DNA from: Methanomassiliicoccaceae archaeon
GTDB taxonomy: Archaea > Thermoplasmatota > Thermoplasmata > Methanomassiliicoccales > Methanomassiliicoccaceae
Reading direction: 5' to 3'
Assembly (NCBI GenBank): GCA_963728405.1
Contig: CAVSJV010000007.1
Span: 160,001-224,000, forward strand
Length of the DNA stretch: 64,000 nucleotides
Shown: piece after piece, positions 30,524-38,706 of the stretch
Position numbering within the stretch: position 1 is the stretch's first letter
How the letters are laid out: each line of letters begins with the position of its first letter
Program-made: the position numbers and the translations under genes
The notes under the pieces: model-generated
Told to the model about the DNA's origin: nothing
The model's database searches: none
Seen by the model: only the letters and a program-made list of their open reading frames with translations

Positions 30524-30630
30524 CGGTCCGCTCCAGCCTGATCAGGGGAGTCAGGGGTCCGACCGCCCTCGGTCAGGCTGAAACGCCGTGTCCACAAAAA
30601 AGTTAATAACGCCACCCCAATGTCGCAGCA

Positions 30631-31875
30631 ATGATTCAGAGGCCCCGGGGGACCCGCGACTTCGGTCCCGAGGAGATGGAAAGGAGGCGCTATCTTGAAA
30701 ACATCATGCGCAGGGAGGCCGCGCTGTTCGGCTTCCGTGAGGTATCCACGCCCATCTTCGAGCATACTGAGCTCTTCACGCTCAAGTCCGGTCCCAATGT
30801 GGTCGAGGAGATCTACGCCTTCCATGATAAGGGAGGCAGGGAGATATCCCTCCGTCCGGAACTCACCGCCCCGGTCATGCGTTTCTTCGTCAACGAGCTG
30901 ACCAACTACGCACGTCCGCTGAAGATGTTCTACTTCGGCCAGTGCTTCCGTTACGAGCGGCCGCAGTCCGGCCGGTATCGCGAGTTCTACCAGTTCGGCG
31001 CCGAGCTCATCGGCAACCCCGGGCCGGAATCGGACGCTGAGGTCATCGCCCTGGCCGCCTCCATCATGAATAGGGTCGGGCTGAAGGAACACAATATCCG
31101 CATCGGCCACATCGGGGTGCTGCGGGGTATGCTCTCTCAGGCGGGCATCGATGGCGTCAAAGCCCCTCTCATCCTGCAGAAACTGGACAAGAAAGAGTAT
31201 GATGAGGCTAGGACCAGGATGACCGAGGCCGGCATGTCTGCCGAGGACATCGAGAGGATCATCGAGATCACCAAGACCACTGGGTCGGTGGAGGTGCTGG
31301 AGAAGATCAGTGGGGAAGCTAAGGACCATCTCGGGGCGGTCTTCCGCATACTCGCTGACTATGGGTTCACCAATGTCCAGGTCGATCTGGGTGTGGTCCG
31401 CGGACTAGACTACTACACGGGCATGGTGTTCGAGATGGATGCTCCGGTTCTAGGTGCGGAGAAGCAGATCTGCGGCGGAGGCTCGTACTCCCTGACCGAG
31501 CTGTTCGGAGGAGAGAAGACCTTCTCCACGGGGTTCGGGATCGGGTTCGACCGGACGCTGCTGGCCCTGGAGCGGGAAGGTTATCGGACGCCGATCCAGG
31601 CGGTCGGCGCTTACGTAATCCCAGTCAGCGATGCGGTCAAGGACGAGGCGTTTAAGATCACTGCCCAGCTTCGCCAGGCCGGCATCGTGACCGAGGTCGA
31701 CCTCATGGGCCGCAATGTCTCCAAGAACTTCAAGTACGCCGCCTCCATCAATGCCCGAATGGCCGTGATAGTGGGAGAGAAGGAGCTAGCCCAGGGATCG
31801 GTAGCGCTACGAAACATGACCACCGGCGAGCAGAAGTTGGTGAAGAAGGACGACCTTCTTTCAGAGCTGAATTAG
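30631..31875 (+). CDS. hisS: Histidyl-tRNA synthetase
   Basis: RPRGTRDF, LRPELTAP, FRYERPQSGRYREFYQFGAE, RGLDYYTG, GFGIGFDR. Confidence 0.96.
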   Translation: MIQRPRGTRDFGPEEMERRRYLENIMRREAALFGFREVSTPIFEHTELFTLKSGPNVVEEIYAFHDKGGREISLRPELTAPVMRFFVNELTNYARPLKMFYFGQCFRYERPQSGRYREFYQFGAELIGNPGPESDAEVIALAASIMNRVGLKEHNIRIGHIGVLRGMLSQAGIDGVKAPLILQKLDKKEYDEARTRMTEAGMSAEDIERIIEITKTTGSVEVLEKISGEAKDHLGAVFRILADYGFTNVQVDLGVVRGLDYYTGMVFEMDAPVLGAEKQICGGGSYSLTELFGGEKTFSTGFGIGFDRTLLALEREGYRTPIQAVGAYVIPVSDAVKDEAFKITAQLRQAGIVTEVDLMGRNVSKNFKYAASINARMAVIVGEKELAQGSVALRNMTTGEQKLVKKDDLLSELN

Positions 31876-31876
31876 T

Positions 31877-31963
31877 AAAAAGTGCCCAAGGTCAGCGCTT
31901 GGTGGGGATTCGGAGGAAAAACTACTTCTTAGGAGGAGAGTTGAGCCACCGACCTCGGGCACC
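31877..31963 (-). ncRNA. Candidate stand-alone small RNA: 17-bp closing stem, 49-nt C/U-rich loop with anti-SD motifs, U-tract terminator
   Basis: GGUGCCCGAGGUCGGUG pairs fully with CGCUGACCUUGGGCACU (4 G-U pairs, valid only on the minus strand); followed by a U-run; TATA box TTATATAG 24-31 nt upstream. Confidence 0.6.
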
Positions 31964-31986
31964 ATATAAAACCTAATATTGGACTT

Positions 31987-31994
31987 CTATATAA
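31987..31994 (-). promoter_or_regulatory. Putative TATA box (TTATATAG) for the candidate sRNA
   Basis: Archaeal TATA consensus at the expected spacing from 31963. Confidence 0.5.
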
Positions 31995-32089
31995 CCATAT
32001 GCCCTTTTCTTTCAGGTCTTTTCAGCCTATTTCTACATGGAATTTTTCCAATCCAGTTAATTATCTGTCTCGAGAAGCCAAACTCTTTT

Positions 32090-32290
32090 TTACCGCTCTA
32101 CATCGAAGTAGATCCGTACCAGTGCGTGGTACTCGGTTATGTGTCCCTCCCCGACCATGCAGTCAAGCTCCCTTACCCTGACCCACCGGATGTTCCTGAC
32201 CGTCTTGGCGGTCTCGGTGACCGCATCATCGACCGCCTTGGCGAAGCTCTCCGGCGATATTCCAACGATCTCCAGTACTTTCTCAACCAT
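32090..32290 (-). CDS. Dodecin (flavin-binding) family protein
   Basis: MVEKVLEIVGISPESFAKAVDDAVTETAKTVRNIRWVRV...GHITEYH. Confidence 0.85.
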   Translation of the reverse strand: MVEKVLEIVGISPESFAKAVDDAVTETAKTVRNIRWVRVRELDCMVGEGHITEYHALVRIYFDVER

Positions 32291-32323
32291 GGTATCGTGG
32301 AAGAACGTGGGCAGGAAGAACAC

Positions 32324-32779
32324 TTATAAATTTGGTTTTCCCCGGGGGGTCAGCTGGGCAATGGTGTCCAGTTCGGTGTTCAATAATGCATCCGCCCGGG
32401 TGATCATGGGGTTTTCGCGGGGTACGTGGCGGAAGGAGGCTTTCGTGAACCCCTTCATCAGGGCCCTCACCTCGGCAAGCAGGGGTTGTAGATTGGGGGC
32501 CTTGCAAGAGTACTGGCCATTTACGTGTTTGACCACCAGTTCCGAGTCCATGACCATCTCGACCTCATCGGCTCCGAGGGCTTTCGCCTCCTTCAGGCCG
32601 GCGATGGCCCCTTGGTACTCGGCTACGTTATTGGTATCCTTCCCCGCATAGCGGGCGAACTCCTTGAGCACCTTATTGGTGCCGTCTGTCATTATGACCG
32701 CGTATGCCGAGGGCCCGGGATTACCGCGGGACCCACCGTCGGTGTAGACCGTGAGCTTAATGATGACCACCCTGCCCAA
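32324..32779 (-). CDS. rnhA: Ribonuclease HI
   Basis: VYTDGGSRGNPGP, TNNVAEY, DSELVV, HVPRE, ADAL; exact start uncertain. Confidence 0.9.
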   Translation of the reverse strand: MGRVVIIKLTVYTDGGSRGNPGPSAYAVIMTDGTNKVLKEFARYAGKDTNNVAEYQGAIAGLKEAKALGADEVEMVMDSELVVKHVNGQYSCKAPNLQPLLAEVRALMKGFTKASFRHVPRENPMITRADALLNTELDTIAQLTPRGKPNL

Positions 32780-32805
32780 GAATGAAGAAGAGGATAATAA
32801 GAGGT

Positions 32806-33177
32806 TCAGTCCGGATTGACGGACTCAAGGGTCTCGACATACTGGTTCTTTTCATTCACCAGGACGATCTTAGGAGTGATCGGCTTGTCCGTAAGCTCAA
32901 AGGCCATGATGATCAGACGGTCCCCCGGTTTCACCAGCCGGGCCGCCGCCCCGTTCACACAGATCGTGCCGGAACCGGGCTCTCCCTCTACAGTATAGGT
33001 CTCGAACCTGGAACCGTTGTTGATGTCGGAGACGAGGACCTTTTCGCCCACCCATATGTCGGCCCTTACTAAGAGATCACGGTCGATAGTGATGCTACCG
33101 ATGTATTCTGTGTTAGCGTCAGTGACCACCGCACGATGGATCTTCCCTCTCAAGAGGCAACGCATAATATCGAGCAT
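32806..33177 (-). CDS. panD: Aspartate 1-decarboxylase (pyruvoyl type)
   Basis: [16 protein letters not shown] self-cleavage site, [15 protein letters not shown]. Confidence 0.93.
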   Translation of the reverse strand: MLDIMRCLLRGKIHRAVVTDANTEYIGSITIDRDLLVRADIWVGEKVLVSDINNGSRFETYTVEGEPGSGTICVNGAAARLVKPGDRLIIMAFELTDKPITPKIVLVNEKNQYVETLESVNPD

Positions 33178-33357
33178 AGTGCCCTAGTTCAAGAACCTTT
33201 CCTAGATGCAAGAACAACGAGCGGAAGCTCCTGGGGGTCGCCCCCAGGGTCACCATCGTTAAATCTGGATTGACATAACATTTTTATTGGTAGCTGCCTT
33301 TCTAAGGTCTGCGGAGGTCGTGACAAATCTCTGCATAATGAGACAAGGGGATTCAAA

Positions 33358-34449
33358 ATGAACAATAAAAAGTTATTAGCTGTAGCTGTAGTGGCCATAT
33401 TGGTCGTCGCTAGCCTGGCTGCGACACTTCTCATCATAAATGGTGGTAAGAGCGCCTCCGGGGTGTCCGCAGTAAGGGACAATGCCATATACTGGATACC
33501 TTCCGGCACACTCACCATCTCTCCCAAGATGGTGGGTGCCTTGGAAAACTTGGCGTACTGGATTCATCCCGAGCTTTTCACGCAGGGTGCGAATACAACT
33601 TCCCTGAACGTCAGTGGTGACGCTTCAGATGCCTCCGGTTCGAGCCTATATATCGTTGATGATCGGGGCGTGAACATCACTTTCACTAGCTCTCCACAGA
33701 GAATCGTCTCTCTCGGTTCATCCTTCACTGACATCATCGTGTCCCTTGGCGGGGGTAGCAGGATTGTAGGTGTAGACCAGTCGAGCGCTTCGGTCTCCAA
33801 CGTCTCTGGGGCGACCAACCTTGGACAGACCAGTTCTGTAAGCATTGAGAGCCTCTTGGCATTGACGCCAGATGTTGTGTTCATTTGGAACTTTGGGATG
33901 TATGGGAATATCATCTCCAACATGGAGAGCAACGGCCTGAATGTCGTGAGCCTGTATCCGAAGACGGTTAGCGATGGGATGAACACCATGGACCGAATAG
34001 GCTCGTTGATTGGTGGCAATGCCACGCAGCTGGTGGACACGCTGCAGGATAGAATGAATACTGTGATCAACAAGACCCAGAACCTGACTGCGGATCAGAA
34101 GCCGAGGGTCTATCTGGAGCTGGCCACCTATGGTGGACAGACTGTGTCCAATGGCACACTCTCGAACGAGCTCATTAAGCTGGCCGGCGGTACCAACATC
34201 TTCGCCAACGGGACCGGCAATTGGAAGGCCAGTACTGAATGGATTATCCAAAAGGACCCACAGGTGATCGTCTTCGAGAACTCGTCTAGCATGCTCAGCC
34301 AGCAGAAGACCGAGCTCGAGAGCCTGGGGTACGTTTGGCCAGCACAAACCAATGTTGCCATCCAGACGTCCTCTGGAGTGATTCTCAAGTATCGCGAGAT
34401 AATTTATGGATTTGAGAACACTGAGGGCTGTGGTCACCTCGATCTTTAG
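33358..34449 (+). CDS. Cobalamin/Fe-siderophore ABC substrate-binding protein (BtuF-like), circularly permuted
   Basis: DDRG...PQRIVSL, RIVGVD, E.LLAL.PDVV, KPRVYLE, LIKLAGGTNIF; the usual C-terminal segment (AV.DN.IY...P.MV.ALE.LAYWIHPELF) is at the N-terminus. Confidence 0.85.
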   Translation: MNNKKLLAVAVVAILVVASLAATLLIINGGKSASGVSAVRDNAIYWIPSGTLTISPKMVGALENLAYWIHPELFTQGANTTSLNVSGDASDASGSSLYIVDDRGVNITFTSSPQRIVSLGSSFTDIIVSLGGGSRIVGVDQSSASVSNVSGATNLGQTSSVSIESLLALTPDVVFIWNFGMYGNIISNMESNGLNVVSLYPKTVSDGMNTMDRIGSLIGGNATQLVDTLQDRMNTVINKTQNLTADQKPRVYLELATYGGQTVSNGTLSNELIKLAGGTNIFANGTGNWKASTEWIIQKDPQVIVFENSSSMLSQQKTELESLGYVWPAQTNVAIQTSSGVILKYREIIYGFENTEGCGHLDL

Positions 34450-34536
34450 TGGTTCCGGCCAAACCTTTTCGTTTCTTCCCATTTTTGACCGAGAGGGCAT
34501 GCTCTAATATCTGAAAATCATCATGGGGTCTCGGAC

Positions 34537-35577
34537 ATGGCATCATCGGACATAGCAGAGATACAGAGGGTCAAGGTCTTCCACTGGACGATGATCTTGT
34601 CCGGTCTTGTTCTGGGCCTCTTTGCTACCATCGTCATATGCCTAAGCATAGGTTCGGTCAGCATCCCCTTTGGAGAGGTGATCGATGTCCTCTTAGGTGG
34701 AGGGACCAGCCTCGAGCGTCAGATCCTCCTCAATCTGCGCCTGCCCAGAATTCTCCTTGCGGGCCTGGTAGGGGCGGCACTCTCGGTCGCCGGGGCGACT
34801 ATGCAGGGTCTATTCCGCAACCCCATGGCCTCCCCATCCATCATAGGCATCTCTTATGGTGCCGCCTTCGGAGCGGCGATGACCATGGTCTTGGGCATTT
34901 CCTGGTTGACTGGGGACATGGCCGTGCCAGCGATGGCCTTCCTGTTCTCCTTCGTCACTCTGTTCCTGGTCTACATGATTTCGCGCAACCGGAACGGGTA
35001 TGTGCCCGTGGAGACCCTTCTGCTGGCCGGTATAGCGGTCGGCTCTTTATTCTCGGCTTTGGTCTCGGCCATGGAGTACTTCGCTGGGGAGAAGCTCTCC
35101 GGGGTCGTGTTCTGGCTCATGGGCGGGTTCTACCAAACCACTTGGGTTCAGGTCGGAATATCTTTCTTTCCCATTGTGGCGGGGTGCGTGGTCATTATGT
35201 TCCTCGCCCACGAGCTGAATGTTATGATGGTGGGCGAAGAGCAGGCCGGTAACCTTGGAATAAACGTCAACCGGGTACGGATTATGCTGCTTCTTGCTTC
35301 CTCCCTGCTGACTGCCATAGCGGTTTCCTTCTGTGGGATAATAGGTTTCGTTGGCCTGATAATCCCCCACGTCGTCCGCATCATAGTGGGCCCAGACCAT
35401 CGCATCCTGATCCCATGCTCGATAGTGGGTGGGGCGCTGTTCATGATATGGACAGACATGGTTGCCAGGACCATAATCGCCCCCGCAGAGCTGCCGGTGG
35501 GGATTATCACGTCCCTCGTGGGCGCGCCGTTCTTCATCTACCTGCTGATGTCCCGTAAGCGGTCCATGGGGTGGTAG
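34537..35577 (+). CDS. FecCD/BtuC-family ABC permease
   Basis: LRLPRILLA, MQGLFRNPMA, GIIGFVGLIIPH, LPVGIITSLVGAPFFIYLL. Confidence 0.92.
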   Translation: MASSDIAEIQRVKVFHWTMILSGLVLGLFATIVICLSIGSVSIPFGEVIDVLLGGGTSLERQILLNLRLPRILLAGLVGAALSVAGATMQGLFRNPMASPSIIGISYGAAFGAAMTMVLGISWLTGDMAVPAMAFLFSFVTLFLVYMISRNRNGYVPVETLLLAGIAVGSLFSALVSAMEYFAGEKLSGVVFWLMGGFYQTTWVQVGISFFPIVAGCVVIMFLAHELNVMMVGEEQAGNLGINVNRVRIMLLLASSLLTAIAVSFCGIIGFVGLIIPHVVRIIVGPDHRILIPCSIVGGALFMIWTDMVARTIIAPAELPVGIITSLVGAPFFIYLLMSRKRSMGW

Positions 35578-35578
35578 G

Positions 35579-36373
35579 ACGAAGCTCTCGGTGCGCGGCA
35601 TCTGTTTCCGGTACACTAGCTCGCCGGTGCTCTCCGATGTTAGTATGGAGGCGAAGGATGGAGAGATAATCGGCATCCTCGGCCCCAATGGCTCTGGGAA
35701 GACCACTCTGCTGAAGTGCCTCAATCGATCGCTTACGCCAAGGGAAGGGACCGTTCTCATCGACGACAAGGATTCCAAGGACCTGAGCCGGAGGGAGATC
35801 GCCACTCGCATCGGGGTCGTGCCCCAGGGGGCGAACATCAACTTCCCGTTCAAAGCGCTTGACATCGTCATGATGGGGCGGACCCCCGAGATCAAGAGGT
35901 TCGAGTCTGAGACCAAGAGGGACATCGAGATCGTCAAGGAGGCCATGGTGATGACCAACATCGAGCACCTTGCCAACCGATCGATGGACCAGATCAGTGG
36001 CGGAGAGAAGCAGCGGGTCATCATCGCTCGGGCGCTGGCTCAGAAACCTCGCATCCTCCTTCTGGACGAACCGACCCTCCACCTGGACGTCAACCACCAG
36101 CTGGACATCCTGGACCTCATCACCGGCCTGGCGCGAAAGGAAAAGCTGGTGGTGATAATCGTCACTCATGACCTGGCACTGGCGGCCCGCTACTGTGACA
36201 AGGTGATCCTCATGCAGAACGGTCGGATCCAGGCCGCTGGTGACATCACCGATGTGCTGACGACCGAGAACATGAGGAAGGTCTTTTCCATCGAGGCCAC
36301 CATCTACTTCGACGAACGGATCGGCGCCCATGGCGTATCGATCATCCGTTCGACCAAGGGAGACGATATCTGA
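35579..36373 (+). CDS. FepC/BtuD-family ABC ATP-binding protein
   Basis: GPNGSGKTT, ISGGEKQR, LLLDEPTLHLD, VTHDL; start is either ACG 35579 or GTG 35591. Confidence 0.9.
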   Translation, partial: TKLSVRGICFRYTSSPVLSDVSMEAKDGEIIGILGPNGSGKTTLLKCLNRSLTPREGTVLIDDKDSKDLSRREIATRIGVVPQGANINFPFKALDIVMMGRTPEIKRFESETKRDIEIVKEAMVMTNIEHLANRSMDQISGGEKQRVIIARALAQKPRILLLDEPTLHLDVNHQLDILDLITGLARKEKLVVIIVTHDLALAARYCDKVILMQNGRIQAAGDITDVLTTENMRKVFSIEATIYFDERIGAHGVSIIRSTKGDDI

Positions 36374-36448
36374 GGCGCGGGTACTTTTTTACAAGGGCCG
36401 GGACAGTTATATTACTTATGTCCTACACTTATAATGTGAGGAGGGGCC

Positions 36449-37546
36449 TTGAGCGGCACCACCGCGTTCCTGTATAGCGAGGATTTTCTGCTCTATCAGT
36501 TCGGTCCAGGTCATCCCTTTCAACCGATCAGGGAGAAGCTGACGTTGGACACCCTGGCCTCCCTCGGCGTCTTCGAGGACTGCTCCTCCCAGGTCGTGGT
36601 ACCGACCCCGGTGGATATGGAGCACTTGAACCGTGTGCATCCGTCGGAGTTCGTCTCCCTGGTCGAGAAGACCTGTATGGAAGAAGGGGAGCTAGATCAG
36701 GGCGATACGCCTGCCAACCCCGGCCTGTTCAAAGGAGCGCTCTCGGCGGTCGGGGCGACCTTGCGGGGGGTTAAAGGGATCATGGAGGGTGAGTTCGATC
36801 ATGCCTTCAATCCCGCGGGAGGACTGCATCACGCCCACCCCACTCGTTCCTCAGGCTTCTGCGTATTCAATGACATCGCAGTGGCGGTGCGAGCATTGCA
36901 GAAGGACCATGGTCTCCAGCGCATCGCTGTGGTGGACATCGACGGCCATCACGGTGACGGAACTCAGGACATCTTCTACGATGAGAGCGTGCTGACGATA
37001 TCCCTTCACCGTTATGGGCGGGGTTTCTTCCCTGGTTCAGGAGGGACGGAAGAGCGGGGAGCGGGTGAGGGCAAGGGTTACAATGTCAACATCCCGCTGC
37101 CGGCCGGCACGGACGATAATCTGTATCTGCGGGCCTTCCGGGCCATTGTGATCCCGGCATTGCGCTCCTACCAGCCGCAGCTCATCATCCACCAGTTCGG
37201 GGTCGACGGCCACCACCGTGATCCCCTGGTCGGCCTGGGGCTGACCACGCGGGGGTTCGAGGAGATGTCCAGGATGACCCATGATGCTGCGCACGAGCTC
37301 TGCGATGGCCGGTACATGGTCGTGGGCGGCGGAGGCTACGACATCGACGCGACCAGAAGGGCCTGGTCGATCATGTTCGCCTCCCTGTCGGGGGCCTATC
37401 CTCTGGGCAGTGGCAGGATCGCCGCTCTGCATGATCGGGAGGAGCTGTTCTCGGACGAGCGTAATGCAACCGAGGTCAACAAAGTCATCGATAAGCAGGA
37501 AGAGGCGTCCCTCCCGATGTTGGAGCGGGTGATACGGTACGCTTGA
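36449..37546 (+). CDS. AcuC/histone-deacetylase-family deacylase
   Basis: GHPF.P.R, GGLHHA, GFCVFND, DIDGHHGDG, FFPGSG, GGGGY. Confidence 0.9.
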   Translation: MSGTTAFLYSEDFLLYQFGPGHPFQPIREKLTLDTLASLGVFEDCSSQVVVPTPVDMEHLNRVHPSEFVSLVEKTCMEEGELDQGDTPANPGLFKGALSAVGATLRGVKGIMEGEFDHAFNPAGGLHHAHPTRSSGFCVFNDIAVAVRALQKDHGLQRIAVVDIDGHHGDGTQDIFYDESVLTISLHRYGRGFFPGSGGTEERGAGEGKGYNVNIPLPAGTDDNLYLRAFRAIVIPALRSYQPQLIIHQFGVDGHHRDPLVGLGLTTRGFEEMSRMTHDAAHELCDGRYMVVGGGGYDIDATRRAWSIMFASLSGAYPLGSGRIAALHDREELFSDERNATEVNKVIDKQEEASLPMLERVIRYA

Positions 37547-37564
37547 AGATAGAAGAAGAGCGAT

Positions 37565-37640
37565 TGGCGCCCTGGTCGGGATTTGAACCCGAGTCGAAGC
37601 CTCGACAGGGCTTCATGATAGGCCGCTACACTACCAGGGC
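37565..37640 (-). tRNA. tRNA-Asp(GTC), CCA encoded
   Basis: GCCCTGG...CCAGGGCGCCA, AAGCC-CTGTCGA-GGCTT anticodon arm. Confidence 0.95.
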
Positions 37641-37865
37641 GTGCTTTTGACCCAAATATGTAAGTCCTATATATGGGTTTTCTAACGCTCTGGTTGCTGG
37701 GGGGGTCTCAATAATAAGAAAACGAACGATTATGGTCATGTTAAGACATAGTATTTTGATGGGCCAGCTATGAATGGTGGTCTAAGGGGTCTGTTAATTA
37801 CCAATACTTGGTAGTTGCATCAGGTTTAAGTGGAGGGCCCATAATATTAGCCCTGGAAGGCCACC

Positions 37866-38684
37866 ATGGACGGCAAGCTGAGAGTAAGCGACTACATGGT
37901 CAAGGAAGTTGTTTCCATACCTCCAGACTTCACTGTAGAACAGGCCAGGCAGAAGCTCATCAACACCGAGTTCCACGGGCTTCCCGTGGCCGAAGATGGC
38001 CGGATCATCGGGTTCGTCACCTCCAAAGAGCTGCTGAGGGCCATCGACCGGCCGAACGTCAAGGTCCGGGACATCATCAAGGTCGGGACCATCACCGTCT
38101 CACCGGAAATGGACATCGATGACGCGTCGAGGATCTTGTTCCGGTACGGCCTGCGAAACGTGCCTGTGGTCGACGAGAACGGCCTAGCGGTGGGGATGCT
38201 GTCCAACATAGACATCATCCGCTCCCACATCGAGAAGGCCACTCCCAACAAGATCAACATGTTGAAGACCTTCCTGGAAAAGAAGCACGGGATCAGGATC
38301 ACGGTCAAGCGACGAATAATCCCCATCGAATCGATCAGACCGACCCAGCATGAGGTGTTCGCCGACGAGCTGCGTGGAAGGCAATATGAGATTAAGAGGG
38401 GACTGGTCGAACCGCTCATCGTCATCCAGAAAAATAGTCACTACGTACTGGTGGATGGGCACCACCGCGTTCTCGCGGCCAGGGACATGGGTGTGCGGCA
38501 GTTCCAGGCTTTCGTTCTGGAGCCGGACCGCGAGGTCGAGCTGGGCATGGAGCGGTCCGCCGATGAGATGGGCGTCCGCACCCTGGATGATGTCAAGATC
38601 CTCCAGGGGTCGCATCACCCGCTCGTCCAGGTCTATACGAGATTATTAAAAGACGAGATACCGGCGAGCACCACTAGGCAGTGA
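37866..38684 (+). CDS. CBS-pair plus ParB/Sulfiredoxin-like domain protein
   Basis: Two CBS motifs (GLPVAEDGRIIGFVT, NVPVVDENG) followed by IRPTQ...LVDGHHRVLAA. Confidence 0.85.
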   Translation: MDGKLRVSDYMVKEVVSIPPDFTVEQARQKLINTEFHGLPVAEDGRIIGFVTSKELLRAIDRPNVKVRDIIKVGTITVSPEMDIDDASRILFRYGLRNVPVVDENGLAVGMLSNIDIIRSHIEKATPNKINMLKTFLEKKHGIRITVKRRIIPIESIRPTQHEVFADELRGRQYEIKRGLVEPLIVIQKNSHYVLVDGHHRVLAARDMGVRQFQAFVLEPDREVELGMERSADEMGVRTLDDVKILQGSHHPLVQVYTRLLKDEIPASTTRQ

Positions 38685-38706
38685 CGCCCACCGGTCGTTT
38701 TTCTTT

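Noticed and set aside
37565-37640. Near-identity of the tRNA-Asp and tRNA-Glu bodies, read as a duplication or att site
   Set aside because: Both are complete, distinct tRNAs; such similarity is ordinary and there is no adjacent integrase at tRNA-Asp
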